From assembly GCA_963733195.1 (NCBI GenBank), contig CAVTCR010000074.1, forward strand, positions 96,001 through 160,000: 64,000 nt of DNA, in the 5' to 3' direction. This stretch comes from an uncultured delta proteobacterium. GTDB taxonomy: Bacteria; Desulfobacterota; Binatia; Bin18. Both the position numbers and the translations under genes were made by a program. Positions 41,257 to 51,817 of this stretch are shown piece after piece. The notes below the pieces were generated by a model that did no database searches, was not told the DNA's origin, and saw only the letters and a list, made by a program, of their open reading frames with translations. How positions within the stretch are numbered: position 1 is the stretch's first letter; every line of letters begins with the position of its first letter.

Positions 41257-41287
41257 CACCTCCACCTCTCATGAATGGGCGACACGA

Positions 41288-43639
41288 CTAGCGCGCCTCT
41301 GACTTATCCGGCAGTGAAGGCTGGTTCTGGCCCCCAGGAGTCGGAATCGCCGATTCATCAACCTGCAGACGCACCTTCGGTTTCTGTATCCGACCGAGAA
41401 GCCCCTTGAGTCCCTGGATACGTTGCTCGAATTCCTCTGTGACCGATCGCGCCTCTTGGCGGTTACGAATCACATGTGGGGTAATCAGGATGATTAACTC
41501 CGTCCGATCGACCCGGTCGCTTTCCGTACGAAAGATCCGGCCAAGCACGGGTACCTCCATCAAGAATGGGACACCCCTGCGAATCCGCCGGATTTGATCG
41601 TCAATAATGCCACCAATGAGTACCGACTCTCCATTCTGCACGACTACAGTCGTCTCCGTTTCGCGCGAGGTGAAGCTCGGCGAGTTGGTATTGCCAAATA
41701 TGGCATCTCCTACCGCACTGACTTCTTGGCGAATTTCCATATTCACCAGGCCAGCCGAGTTGATCTGCGGCATAATCGTCAAAATCTTCCCGGTATCGCG
41801 ATACTGAATGCTGTTTGAGACGAATGGGTCCGACGAGTTAAGATTCGTTGACGTCGAGGTTAAGATTGGTATTTCCTCACCAATCAGAATATGGGCTTCT
41901 CGATTATCTGCTGCAATTACATGTGGCGTGGCAAGACTTCTCACGTTCGAGCGGGCCGCTAAGGCATTAATGAGTACCAAAAAAGTGTCACGGTCAGTAA
42001 TGAACGAAAACAGTCCGCCCCCGCCTATTTTCGCCGCTCGTTTTGCAGAATCGAGAAGCGCATTGTCAGAGATTAACCTCGACGTCGCCCCAGGGGTGGT
42101 GGTTGTACCATCTCCATCATCATGTCCCTGTCCCAAGGAGCTTGATCAATACCGCCGTTGGCAAGTGCCCATTCTACCCCAAACTCAAGGTTGTCTCCAA
42201 GACCTATCTCGGCAATGATCGTCTCGATCAGTACCTGTCGGGGCACGACATCAATCTGACGCAGCACTTCCTTGATCATGCTGTAGTCTCGTGCCGTCGC
42301 AAGCACAACGAGTGAGTTTGTACTCTCGTCGGCGACGATACGGACTTCTTCCTTAAAGATCGGCTTTTCGCCTTCTTTGGGTGCAATGAGAATCGTTTGG
42401 GACCCACCACCTATCGCCCCACCACCGGGACCTCCGCCACGGCTACCACTGCGGCCCCCCTGCCACCCCCTAATCCACTACTGCTTCCGCCACCTAATCC
42501 ACTACTGCTAGTCCGCCACTACTCTCCCACGGCTGCTGCGCCCGCCGAATCCCCCTGACCCTGACCGCGTGCTCCCAGTCGACCCGCTCAGCCCTGTCTC
42601 TCCCAATCCAACCACCAATACCTCCCGCTGTACCTTGCTGGGCGCCTCTCCGGCCACTACTTCCCCCACCTCCCCCTTCAGCGCCGTAGAGCTGTCCAAG
42701 TACTTCGGCCAGGTCCACCGCTTTCGTATTCTCAACCGCATACACATGCACGGTTCGCCCACCACCTTTTTCCGGCGGTACGTCAAGCACTTTGACCCAC
42801 TTCCGTACTTCTGCGAGGATCTCTTTGTTAAATGCGATAACGACTATGGAATTCAACCGGGTCATTGGAATAACAAAAACGCCGCGTTCATTCGCTGCTT
42901 TTGGTGTTACCCCATACGGTTCAAGCACGCCTTTAAGTTCGTCTCCGAGATCTTCAACATTTGCGTTCTCGATGCGAAACACCTCTGGATACAAATTACG
43001 AAACATGTCGATATCAAACATCCGCGCGAGCTCTTTGAGACGCCCCACATTTGATGCGATGTCAGAGATAATCACTAAGTTCGCCCGCGGATAGGCAATC
43101 ACATCTCCGCCTGGAGAAACAAAAGGTTGCAGGACTTTTGCCATTTCTTCAGCTGCCAAGTGATCGACTTTCATCAGCTCTATGACAAATCGGTCCTCAG
43201 CATTCGCAGCGCGTTGCTCAGTTGCCGTATCAGTCACTTCGGCTCGTGTTTTCCCCTCACCGACCGGGGCGATTTGATAGAGATTCCCCACTTTGACAGC
43301 GGCAATACCATTCGCACGTAAAATTTGATGGAAGATCGGAAAGAGATCCCGACCTGCGATACGTCCACTGGTGCGAATAGTGACTTGCCCTTGCACTCGA
43401 GGATCAATGGTGTAGCTAATCCCCAGCGCAGTGGCGAGGCTGTGGATGACCTCGCGGATATCCGCTCCTTCAAAGTTCAGCACAACCGCTTCGTCTCCAC
43501 TTGTCGCTTCACGTCCAGCCGCGGGAGGCGCTGGTGGAGGCGCTGGAGCAGCTTCCCCTTCTTGGGCCATCACTCGAGTTCCCTGTATAAGCCAAGCGAT
43601 GGCAATAGCAATCAGCGGTATCAACCTCTTACCCCTCAT
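41288..43639 (-). CDS. gspD: Type II secretion secretin, split by several frameshifts (about 42150-42620)
   Basis: N0 VLNFEGADIREVI; N-domains; Gly-rich linker; QVLIETIIAE; secretin core YRDTGKIL, GESVLIGG, RTELIILITPHVI. Confidence 0.9.
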
Positions 43640-43678
43640 GTCTCTGTTCCTTTTGTTCCTCTCTCCAGTCTCTTGGCT

Positions 43679-44497
43679 TTACTCGCCATCTTCTTCTTCT
43701 TCTTCTTCCTCATTGTCGTCGCCTTCTGGGTTGGAATTCTCTCCCTGAGCCGCTGCTTCCTCGCGTGCAGCTCTGCGACGAATCCGACGTAAGCGCTGTT
43801 GCATTCTTTGAATATTGTCGCGCAATGCTTGCGCCTCTTCCGGTGCAGCTTGGGCAACGGCGGCTTGCTGGTTTGGATCAGCATCAGGCGCCTGAAGGAC
43901 TCGCCCAGCTGGTGGCCCAGGACGGCCCACCCTTGCGTTGGGCTGCACAACATTAGGGATGAGTCTTGGGGCTTGTTGCGAGGTTGCACTATCGAGAATC
44001 CGCAGTTGAAGAGGAACCACTTCTCCTCCTGCCCCAAGTGACAACTTCACCTCAGCCGCTGTCACCTGCAAGAGTTGATATTGCCCGATCGAGTCCCCTT
44101 GTTTCACACGGATAACTTTGTTTCCTTGCGAGGTATCCGAAAGGAACGCCTCAGCGCGGGAACGGGTAAGGACGATCCCCACGAGTTTCAAGTGTGCAGG
44201 CGGATCAATTTTCTTGGGACCTTCGTCTGTTGTGACAGGGGCTGGGGTCTCCCCCCGAGCAGGGGAGAACAAGTCATTCTGCGCAATCGTCGCCACATAG
44301 GCGCTCATGGCATCAGGTGTAAGAGTTGGGAGGGGCCCTCCGGCCTCCGAGAGAGCGGGTGGAGCATTCGTCGTCTCTATCGGGGGCGTGGGTAACGAAC
44401 GCCGCCATGTGGCAACGATCTTTCCACAGAGCATGAGAATGACTACTACTAACACTACGTGCAGAAGAGTACGAATACGCATGAGAATGCCACCCAA
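43679..44497 (-). CDS. GspC/PilP-like type II secretion accessory protein
   Basis: N-terminal TM, NDLFSPAR, LKLVGIV...VKQGDSIG HR-like domain, acidic tail; lies between gspM and gspD. Confidence 0.65.
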   Translation of the reverse strand: MGGILMRIRTLLHVVLVVVILMLCGKIVATWRRSLPTPPIETTNAPPALSEAGGPLPTLTPDAMSAYVATIAQNDLFSPARGETPAPVTTDEGPKKIDPPAHLKLVGIVLTRSRAEAFLSDTSQGNKVIRVKQGDSIGQYQLLQVTAAEVKLSLGAGGEVVPLQLRILDSATSQQAPRLIPNVVQPNARVGRPGPPAGRVLQAPDADPNQQAAVAQAAPEEAQALRDNIQRMQQRLRRIRRRAAREEAAAQGENSNPEGDDNEEEEEEEDGE

Positions 44498-45116
44498 TTA
44501 CGACGGGGGCCCTCCTTGCATGATGCCACTGACCTCGAGAGTAACCGTCAACGGGTTCGGCTTCGGCGCCCCGGCTTGCTGCATTCCAGCTATACGAATG
44601 TTATACGTTCCTCGGACTTCCAATGAAGAGACCATCAGTCGCCAGTCGCCATATTCAACAGCAGACACAAAGCGCCCTAACTCTGGCAAGCCTCCACGCA
44701 GAGTCATTTGCACGGTGGTCTTACGAAATTCACCTGCCGGTTCATCACGGAGTGACACCGTTGTCAGCACGTCAAGCCCACTACTGCGGGCAAGATTTTG
44801 TAATCGGTCCTGAAGTTGCGACGCCGCTAACGCAGGGGTTCCCCCAGGAATGAGATGTTGTCGAACATCCTGCACACGTTGGCGGAGTTGCGTCACTTGT
44901 TGTTCAATCTGTGGACCGCGATCGCGCTGACGCTCCATCTTCGCAACAAAGCTTGCTTGTTGCGCGATCTCATTCTCTAATTCTTCTGTATAGGCGCGAT
45001 AGGGTTTGACAATTCCGTACACGAAAATGACCAATAGCAAGGCAGCCCCGGCAATCCCAAGCAGCAACTCGTTCCCGTGGTGCGCGCCCCTGCCACAGTT
45101 GTTTTATTCTTTGCAT
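44498..45116 (-). CDS. gspM: Type II secretion protein M; frameshift near 45070
   Basis: MQRIKQLWQGRAPRER then a TM helix, coiled coil and ferredoxin-like C-terminus. Confidence 0.75.
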
Positions 45117-46519
45117 AGTTCTGTCTTTGCCCCCAGAGTGAAGGTCTCCCCTTGTGGAGTTGTCGTGAAAGGCGCCTTTGCCGTCACGTCCCGGAAGCAG
45201 GGAGAGTTTTCGAGTTGGGCAATGAGGTCAGCGGCAGACTGTGACCCAAGCCCACTCATTTCGACATCCCCTTCTTTGTAACGAAGATGGTTCAGATAAT
45301 ATTCCTTCGGGAAAAGTTCTGAGAGGGTTTTCACCACTGGAATCACTTTTTGTCGTGCCGTTCCATCGAGCAGTTGTAGTTGTTTTTGTAACTTAGAGAT
45401 TTCTTCTTCCTGAGTTTGAACTTGCTGGACCGGAGCTTCGAGCGCGGCACGCTGACGGGCGAGGTCTCTAAGGACACGGTGTTGCTGAAAAACAGAAACC
45501 ACAGTCCATAGAATGCCGAGCATGCCGATTGTTCCCACCAACACCAGTGTCAACGGAGAGAGTCGTTTTTCCCGCCGGGCTCGCCGCTCCTCAGGGAGCA
45601 AATTAATTCCTCCATTTCCTTCACCAATCGCTTGCAACGCTGCCCCTACAGCCGGAAGTGCAGGAGGCGGAAGCACGTCACCATCGCTTAACCCGAACTG
45701 TGTCGTCGCCAGTGCTTGCAAGTCGTGGTCAACACTCACAGTGAAGGGTAAAAAAGGGGCAGCAAAACACGAGAAGAGAGGGGTCTCTGCCGGAGAAGCC
45801 CCAGGAAAACTTCTGGTGATTACTTGTGCTACCAACTCGTCAAGCTCTTCTTTGCCAATCTCTGTAGCAATCGGAATCACTTGACTGGCCAGTAATCGCT
45901 TTCCCTTGATGCTATTCATCTCCATCGAGTCTGCTTCAGGAACAAGAAGGAGACGTGGCCCCGCAGTTGGGTCTCCGCAAAACGCGAGGGTGCTCGTCAA
46001 GGCCGAACAACTGAGCGTCACCATTTGTAGGCGTAACTGCGCTTGCAGCAAAATCCCGAGATACTCTTCAACTTCTTGACGAGAAAGACCAAAGACCGTC
46101 ACTTCGATGCGCTTCTCCTCGTGGCCAACATCCGAGGTTAGATAGTCGTAATACAAATCTTCTTTTGGGAAGGGGAACAGTTGATCAACCTGATAGCCAA
46201 TGACTTCGTGGATCACATCGCGAGCACTTTCTGGAACGACGATACGACTGACATACGCCGTACGGCGCGGCAATGAGAGTACCGCTTGATCAGGAGTGGT
46301 GTCGATGTCTTGTAAAAAACCATTGAGCGCGTGATCGAACTCATCAAGTCGCTCGCGGCCCGCCTCCGGCAGCGGCACAGTACGGGCATGACGTAACGAA
46401 ACGTTCATAAATCGTTTCATCACGTGTACGAAGCTGACATTATGCGTCCCTACCGCGATACCGACCCCGTGGAGAAAGTCGGCTTTCATCAGCCGCTGGA
46501 GAGTTGTATTTAGCTCCAT
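45104..46519 (-). CDS. gspL: Type II secretion protein L-like (PilM/PilN-type architecture)
   Basis: Actin-like cytoplasmic domain (LFPFPKEDLYYDY), INLLP motif, TM helix, PilN-like periplasmic domain. Confidence 0.75.
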   Translation of the reverse strand: MELNTTLQRLMKADFLHGVGIAVGTHNVSFVHVMKRFMNVSLRHARTVPLPEAGRERLDEFDHALNGFLQDIDTTPDQAVLSLPRRTAYVSRIVVPESARDVIHEVIGYQVDQLFPFPKEDLYYDYLTSDVGHEEKRIEVTVFGLSRQEVEEYLGILLQAQLRLQMVTLSCSALTSTLAFCGDPTAGPRLLLVPEADSMEMNSIKGKRLLASQVIPIATEIGKEELDELVAQVITRSFPGASPAETPLFSCFAAPFLPFTVSVDHDLQALATTQFGLSDGDVLPPPALPAVGAALQAIGEGNGGINLLPEERRARREKRLSPLTLVLVGTIGMLGILWTVVSVFQQHRVLRDLARQRAALEAPVQQVQTQEEEISKLQKQLQLLDGTARQKVIPVVKTLSELFPKEYYLNHLRYKEGDVEMSGLGSQSAADLIAQLENSPCFRDVTAKAPFTTTPQGETFTLGAKTELCKE

Positions 46520-46555
46520 GCTACTTCCATATTGCGGTTGCGGTTTAGGTGCGCA

Positions 46556-46972
46556 TTAGAACACATCGGCATTCAGTCCATCCCCTCCCGAGACCCCATC
46601 CGCTCCATATGAAAAGAGATCGAAGACCCCTTTCTCGCCTGGGCTGCGGTATACATACGCATTTTGCCACGGATCACGCGGGACTTCTCTATCCGCTCGC
46701 AGATAGGGGCCATCCCAACGATCCAGACCCGATGGTCGCTGGAGCAACGCCTGTAGTCCTTCTTGAGAATTCGGATAGCGACCGACATCAAGACGGAAGG
46801 CATCCAGGGCGGTCCGCAGCATCTCCATTTGCGTCTTCGCGATTTTTGGGTTCTGCTTCTCTCCTACCCCCAGCAAGTTTGGTGCAACTAATGCCGCCAA
46901 CAATCCCAGGATGAATACCACCACAAGAAGCTCGACGAGTGTAAACCCGGCCTGCATCACTCCTTTGTTCAT
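46556..46972 (-). CDS. gspG: Type II secretion major pseudopilin
   Basis: GFTLVELLVV prepilin site; LDAFRLDVGRYP, WDGPYL, DPWQNAYVY, SYGADG. Confidence 0.95.
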   Translation of the reverse strand: MNKGVMQAGFTLVELLVVVFILGLLAALVAPNLLGVGEKQNPKIAKTQMEMLRTALDAFRLDVGRYPNSQEGLQALLQRPSGLDRWDGPYLRADREVPRDPWQNAYVYRSPGEKGVFDLFSYGADGVSGGDGLNADVF

Positions 46973-46997
46973 AACCTTCCTCGCAGAATAGCGATTG

Positions 46998-48236
46998 CTA
47001 GAAACCCGCTTGGTTAATACTAAAAATCCCTTGTAACAAGCCAATAACGACAAAGCCGACAACGAGTCCCATCCCAAGGATAAGTGCCGGCTCTACCAAG
47101 GACACTAACTGTTTTAGTTGCGTATTCGTCTCCTTCTCGTAATACTCCGCCGTCCGCATCAACATTTCATCAAGCCGTCCAGTTTCTTCACCGACACTCA
47201 CCATTTGTAACGCCAGTGTAGGAAACGCGCCACTGCGCCCCAATGGCCCACTAATCCCTTGCCCTTCTCGTACGCCGCTTCGCACCTCTTTCAATGCGCT
47301 GCTGATCACTTGATTACTGACGACCGCTTCGACAACCTCAAGGGCCTGGAGTAAAGGGACTCCACTCTTCAGAAGAGTGCCTAAAGTCCGCGCAAAGCGT
47401 GCGACTTCTCGCTTGCGAATTAAGTCCCCTAAAAGCAACACCCGGAGTCGCCAACGATCCCAAGCAAACCGCCCGTGCGGGGTCGCAATATACCGATGTA
47501 AGGCCCATCCTATACTGACCACAATGAGAACTAAAACCCACCAATAGGCCTGAAACCATTCGCCTAAGTTTAATAGAAAGCGCGTCAGCACTGGGAGTGC
47601 AGGCCCCATGTCTTTGAAAATTCCTGCAAACTTCGGCAGAACGTACGTAAACATAAAGAATACGGACGAGCCACCGACAAAAACCAACATTGCGGGATAC
47701 GCCAGTGCTGCTTTGATTTGCTCTTGCACCTCCTGAGAACGTTCAAGATATTCAGCAAGTCGCTGGAGCACGGTGTCCAGAAATCCGCCAATTTCTCCAG
47801 CCTTGACCATATTGACGTACAAAGGGGGAAAAATCTTCGGATATTCTGCTAACGATTCTGACAACGACTTCCCTTGCTGCACTGTGCGCAAGATTTGGGC
47901 AGTCGCTTGCTTGAGCTCTTCTTTCTCAGTGAGGCCAGTCAATACCGACAATGCGCGGTCGAGCGGTAATCCTGACGAGATGAGCGTTGCTAATTCACGA
48001 GTAAAGATTTGTAGATCCTTTTGTCGGACTCTTCCTCGCCAGGGCAATTGAGGAAGCGAGAGTTGGCGCTGACCAGTCAGGGGCTTCGGCTGTGTCTCTC
48101 CAGGGGGTCGGATACGAAGAGGAAGGTAGCCCTGATCGCGCAGGCGCATGACCACTGTCCGTTCCTCACCTGCTTCCATAACGCCCTCAATCAGTTTTCC
48201 TTGTGGAGTCGTTGCTTGGTAGTGGAATTGTGCCAT
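46998..48236 (-). CDS. gspF: Type II secretion inner membrane platform protein
   Basis: FTRELATLISSGLPL, YVNMVKAGEIGG, ALAYP, VGEETGRL, LVEP. Confidence 0.95.
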   Translation of the reverse strand: MAQFHYQATTPQGKLIEGVMEAGEERTVVMRLRDQGYLPLRIRPPGETQPKPLTGQRQLSLPQLPWRGRVRQKDLQIFTRELATLISSGLPLDRALSVLTGLTEKEELKQATAQILRTVQQGKSLSESLAEYPKIFPPLYVNMVKAGEIGGFLDTVLQRLAEYLERSQEVQEQIKAALAYPAMLVFVGGSSVFFMFTYVLPKFAGIFKDMGPALPVLTRFLLNLGEWFQAYWWVLVLIVVSIGWALHRYIATPHGRFAWDRWRLRVLLLGDLIRKREVARFARTLGTLLKSGVPLLQALEVVEAVVSNQVISSALKEVRSGVREGQGISGPLGRSGAFPTLALQMVSVGEETGRLDEMLMRTAEYYEKETNTQLKQLVSLVEPALILGMGLVVGFVVIGLLQGIFSINQAGF

Positions 48237-48374
48237 GGCTTCGTCCTCTTGACCTCTTTCAGCCGTACTCGTAGACCTCATGCTTGTCAATGCGCGATCT
48301 GCACCATCAGTGAGAAAACATTGTCGTCTGCTATGCGATCCTCCCTGTCGCTCGCTCTTCCCTTAGGCAAGCCA

Positions 48375-49637
48375 CTACTTCTGGTCGATTTTGTCTCGTC
48401 GATCTTTATACCGAGGAAGCACATGAGCACCAAATGTCTCAAGTTGTTTTTTCAACTCCGTTCGTGGAAGTAATCCTTGATCAAGCAGCCAAGCAAACCA
48501 TTCAGGATTAGCGGCTTCTACTAGTGTATCGATCCCATCGGTTACTGCATTCACAGAGCCAGCGTAGAGATACTGCGCTTGTCTCATCCGTTCTACCGTC
48601 CATTCCTGAGAGGGGAGCCGTTCGGTATTGGCAGGGTAATCAAGTTCATCTTCAGGAAAACGGAACGCCTCCCAAAAACCAAAGTGCCCCCAGAAGCGCT
48701 TGTAGCCAACACCAACTAAACCTTGTTCCGCCAACCGATCGGCGGCTCGGATGGAATCCGCAAAGTAGATCTGCCGGAGGACGCCAATACGTTCACCGAC
48801 CGCAAGCCAGCGCCCTGCTCGTCCAGCCTCTTCTGCATAAATTTGTGCGATATGACGCACCTGCTTTGGTTGCGAGAGAAGAATCATCGGAGCAATATCT
48901 TCACGGGCACACCAGCGTATAGTGGTTTCACTCGTTGAGAATGCTTGGAAAAGCGGCGGATGAGGTTTCTGATATGGTTTCGGCACTACATACAGCTCTT
49001 GCAAACGACCTTCTGCATCGACTTCTCCAGGAGCACCATACTCACGTGTCCATGGATGAGCTGGCCACGCCGTTCCAGTATTGTAGGGATATGGGTATTG
49101 ATAGAACTCGCCACGGAAGCGGAAGGGTTTGTCATCCCACGCTAACTTGAGCACTCGATAGACTTCTTCAAAAGCGCGGCGGTTGGCATCATCCAGCGTC
49201 GCTGGGTCACTCATCGTAGCAGTCAGTAACACCTTTTGCGCCATTTGATCGAGCCAGCGCGACTGATACCCACGAGCTAAGCCGATAAAGGAGCGGCCTT
49301 TCGTCAGTTGGTCGAGCCAAGCCGTAGTAATCGCCAGGCGTAGGGGATCCCACCCTGGAAGCACATAGCCAATCGGTCCTATCTGTATCCGTTTGGTATG
49401 CAAGGCAACATAGAGAAGAAATTCTGGCGGACCACCAACCTCGAGCCCTTCGGTATGCAGATGATGCTCAGGAAAGGCGATAGCATCAAAGCCAACCTCT
49501 TCCGCAAGTTGTGCAAGTTCGACGACCTCGTCAAACATCGCTTGCCAGCGGTCAGTTCTACTAGCAAGTGGACGGAGGCGTTTCCTCTCCGCTAAAGAGC
49601 CGGACAAGGTTGGCAGCAAAAAAAGAATGAATTTCAT
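48375..49637 (-). CDS. Luciferase-like (LLM class) flavin-dependent oxidoreductase
   Basis: AEEVGFDAIAFPEHH, LDQLTKGR, PKPYQKPHPP. Confidence 0.9.
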   Translation of the reverse strand: MKFILFLLPTLSGSLAERKRLRPLASRTDRWQAMFDEVVELAQLAEEVGFDAIAFPEHHLHTEGLEVGGPPEFLLYVALHTKRIQIGPIGYVLPGWDPLRLAITTAWLDQLTKGRSFIGLARGYQSRWLDQMAQKVLLTATMSDPATLDDANRRAFEEVYRVLKLAWDDKPFRFRGEFYQYPYPYNTGTAWPAHPWTREYGAPGEVDAEGRLQELYVVPKPYQKPHPPLFQAFSTSETTIRWCAREDIAPMILLSQPKQVRHIAQIYAEEAGRAGRWLAVGERIGVLRQIYFADSIRAADRLAEQGLVGVGYKRFWGHFGFWEAFRFPEDELDYPANTERLPSQEWTVERMRQAQYLYAGSVNAVTDGIDTLVEAANPEWFAWLLDQGLLPRTELKKQLETFGAHVLPRYKDRRDKIDQK

Positions 49638-49691
49638 GTCTCAACAGCGCGGACCTGAGATAGTATGATTGTACATGATTCTGCGGTCGCG

Positions 49692-50646
49692 TTACACCTG
49701 GACAGCTAATGCTTCAAGCACCGCTGCACATAAGAGAGGAAAGAGAATTTCATGATGGCCGGTCAAATGAAATCCACGGCCACCGTTCTGGGTCGGACGG
49801 GTAACGATGTTCGTTGCGGGTCGATAGTGCCGAATGAAGTCGAGATCGACCGTCGTAAAGGCATTCACCACATGTCCGAGATTACGCGCTAAAGATAATG
49901 CTTTCAGAAACACTTCAGGAATAATGACGGCAGACCCAAGATTAATGAAGACTCCTCCTTCAAGCCGCGCGATAACTGACGTCAGCAAGTGAAAGTCGCG
50001 TAAACTCCCCTCGCCAAGTGCCGCGCCGTCGACCTGGGGATGCATATGAATGATGTCGGTCCCTACTGCGACATGCACACACGCTGGAATGTCGAGCCAC
50101 GCACTCGCCGCAAGAATACTCAGATGTTCATAGGGCAGCTTTGCTACGCGAATCTGTTCGCCTACCGCGCGCCCAATCCCAAACCCATCACGAGTAACTC
50201 GAAGGCGAATCGCCTCATTGAGAAACTCTCCTGTTTCACGTGCCATGCCAAAACTGCCATCTACGAGTGCAGTCCCCACATCCTCAGAGGTTGCCCCTTG
50301 ATAAGCCAACTCAAAGTCATGGATGATCCCAGCGCCGTTCATAGCAACCGCAGAGACGATACCGCGCTCAAGAAGGTCAATGATAAGGGGAGAAAGCCCA
50401 ACTTTCAGTGCGTGTGCGCCCATTCCCAGCACGACTGGTCGGCCGGCACGGACCGCTGACACGATCCGCGTAACGATCTCGTGGAAATCTCCCGCAGCAA
50501 GCGCCTGCGGCAAGCTACCGCAGAAACTCCTGTAATGTTCCTCCAGGCCGCCACGGTCGTCCAAGGAGCGCGCTGGCAACCTTACTGCTGCGCTGGGCCA
50601 GTGGATAGGTTCTGACCTGTGAGAAATCGAGCGGTGGAAATTTCAC
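49692..50646 (-). CDS. Conserved protein with deoxyhypusine-synthase-like fold; frameshift near 50525
   Basis: GTG overlapping the gmhA stop gives MKFPPLDFSQVRTYPLAQRSSKV, continuing into GMGAHALKVG, NGAGIIHDFE, GTDIIHMH, GSAVIIPEVFLK, GHHE. Confidence 0.7.
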
Positions 50647-51233
50647 CGAAGATTCCTCGTCGGCTCGAAGAGCAGTTGATCCACGAGTTCACAGATAGTA
50701 TGCCCAATGAGAATATGTACTTCTTGAATGCGTGGGGTGATAGGTGTCGCTGAGACACAGAGCAAGTGATCGACCTTCCCAACCATCTCTCCCCCATTGC
50801 CACCGGTCAAGCCAATAGTGCGAATACGTAGCTCCCGACACACGTCGAGGGCTCGGAGTACATTCGCAGAATTTCCACTAGTCGATAACGCAATGGCAAT
50901 ATCTCCAGGCCTTCCAAGCGCACGAATCTGCTTGGCAAAAAGGTCGGCTACCCCGTAGTCATTCACAATAGAGGTCAACGCAGATGTATCAGTAGTTAAG
51001 GCAATGGCAGGAAGTGGTGGTCGTTCGATCAGATACCGATTGACGAATTCCGCTGCGATATGTTGAGCATCTGCGGCACTTCCACCATTACCAAACAGAA
51101 GAATTTTCCCGCCAGATTGGAGGACTTGCACGACTTCTTCAGTCGCACGGACGAGTGCATCAGCACAGTCGTGAAGGAATTGCTGCTTAGCGGCAATACT
51201 GTCAGCAAAAATTGCAGCAATCGTTTGTTTCAT
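50643..51233 (-). CDS. gmhA: D-sedoheptulose-7-phosphate isomerase
   Basis: GNGGSAADAQHIAAEF, NDYG, STSGNSAN, RIQEVH. Confidence 0.95.
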   Translation of the reverse strand: MKQTIAAIFADSIAAKQQFLHDCADALVRATEEVVQVLQSGGKILLFGNGGSAADAQHIAAEFVNRYLIERPPLPAIALTTDTSALTSIVNDYGVADLFAKQIRALGRPGDIAIALSTSGNSANVLRALDVCRELRIRTIGLTGGNGGEMVGKVDHLLCVSATPITPRIQEVHILIGHTICELVDQLLFEPTRNLR

Positions 51234-51247
51234 CGTTGATAAATTTG

Positions 51248-51276
51248 ATCTTAGGGAGCCGCGGAAACACCGTCAA
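51248..51276 (-). promoter_or_regulatory. Sigma70-type promoter for gmhA operon
   Basis: Minus strand TTGACG-17 nt-TAAGAT. Confidence 0.65.
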
Positions 51277-51288
51277 GGCAAGAGTCTC

Positions 51289-51317
51289 TTGACAACTTTA
51301 CACGTGCTCATTACAGT
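51289..51317 (+). promoter_or_regulatory. Sigma70-type promoter for 5S rRNA/tRNA-Gly
   Basis: TTGACA-17 nt-TACAGT, followed by a GC-rich discriminator. Confidence 0.75.
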
Positions 51318-51335
51318 ACGCCGCACTGAGAATGT

Positions 51336-51453
51336 ACCCCGGTCTCAATGGCGGAGGGGCCACACCCGTTCCCATCCCGAACACGGCCGTTAAGCCCTCC
51401 AGCGCCGATGGTACTACGGTGTATGCCGTGGGAGAGTAGGACGAGGCCGGGGT
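51336..51453 (+). rRNA. rrf: 5S ribosomal RNA (orphan)
   Basis: Terminal helix ACCCCGGTCTC/GAGGCCGGGGT; conserved CACCCGTTCCCATCCCGAACACGG, GCCGATGGTAC, GGGAGAGTAGG. Confidence 0.95.
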
Positions 51454-51468
51454 TTCTCTTTTTGGTAA

Positions 51469-51540
<72 letters not shown>

Positions 51541-51564
51541 TCTGTAATACCGCCTCGGCGTCTT

Positions 51565-51768
51565 ATGCGTACCACAGTTAAATGTCCTATCTGTCGACAA
51601 GAAACCTCGTGGCAAGGGAATCCCTACCGTCCCTTTTGTTCAGCCCGCTGTCGAACTACTGACCTCGGAGCGTGGGCCATGGATTCTTATCGTATTCCTG
51701 GGGAACAACCAATGGAAAACGACGAGAAAGAGACAGAACAACCCAAGACAGAACCTCGCAAAACGTAA
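51565..51768 (+). CDS. yacG: DNA gyrase inhibitor YacG
   Basis: CPIC...RPFCSARC...DLGAW...YRIP. Confidence 0.9.
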   Translation: MRTTVKCPICRQETSWQGNPYRPFCSARCRTTDLGAWAMDSYRIPGEQPMENDEKETEQPKTEPRKT

Positions 51769-51817
51769 CCAGTCCCCTCCCCCTTACGTTTTCTGTAATA
51801 CGTTTTATGTTTTCCCC

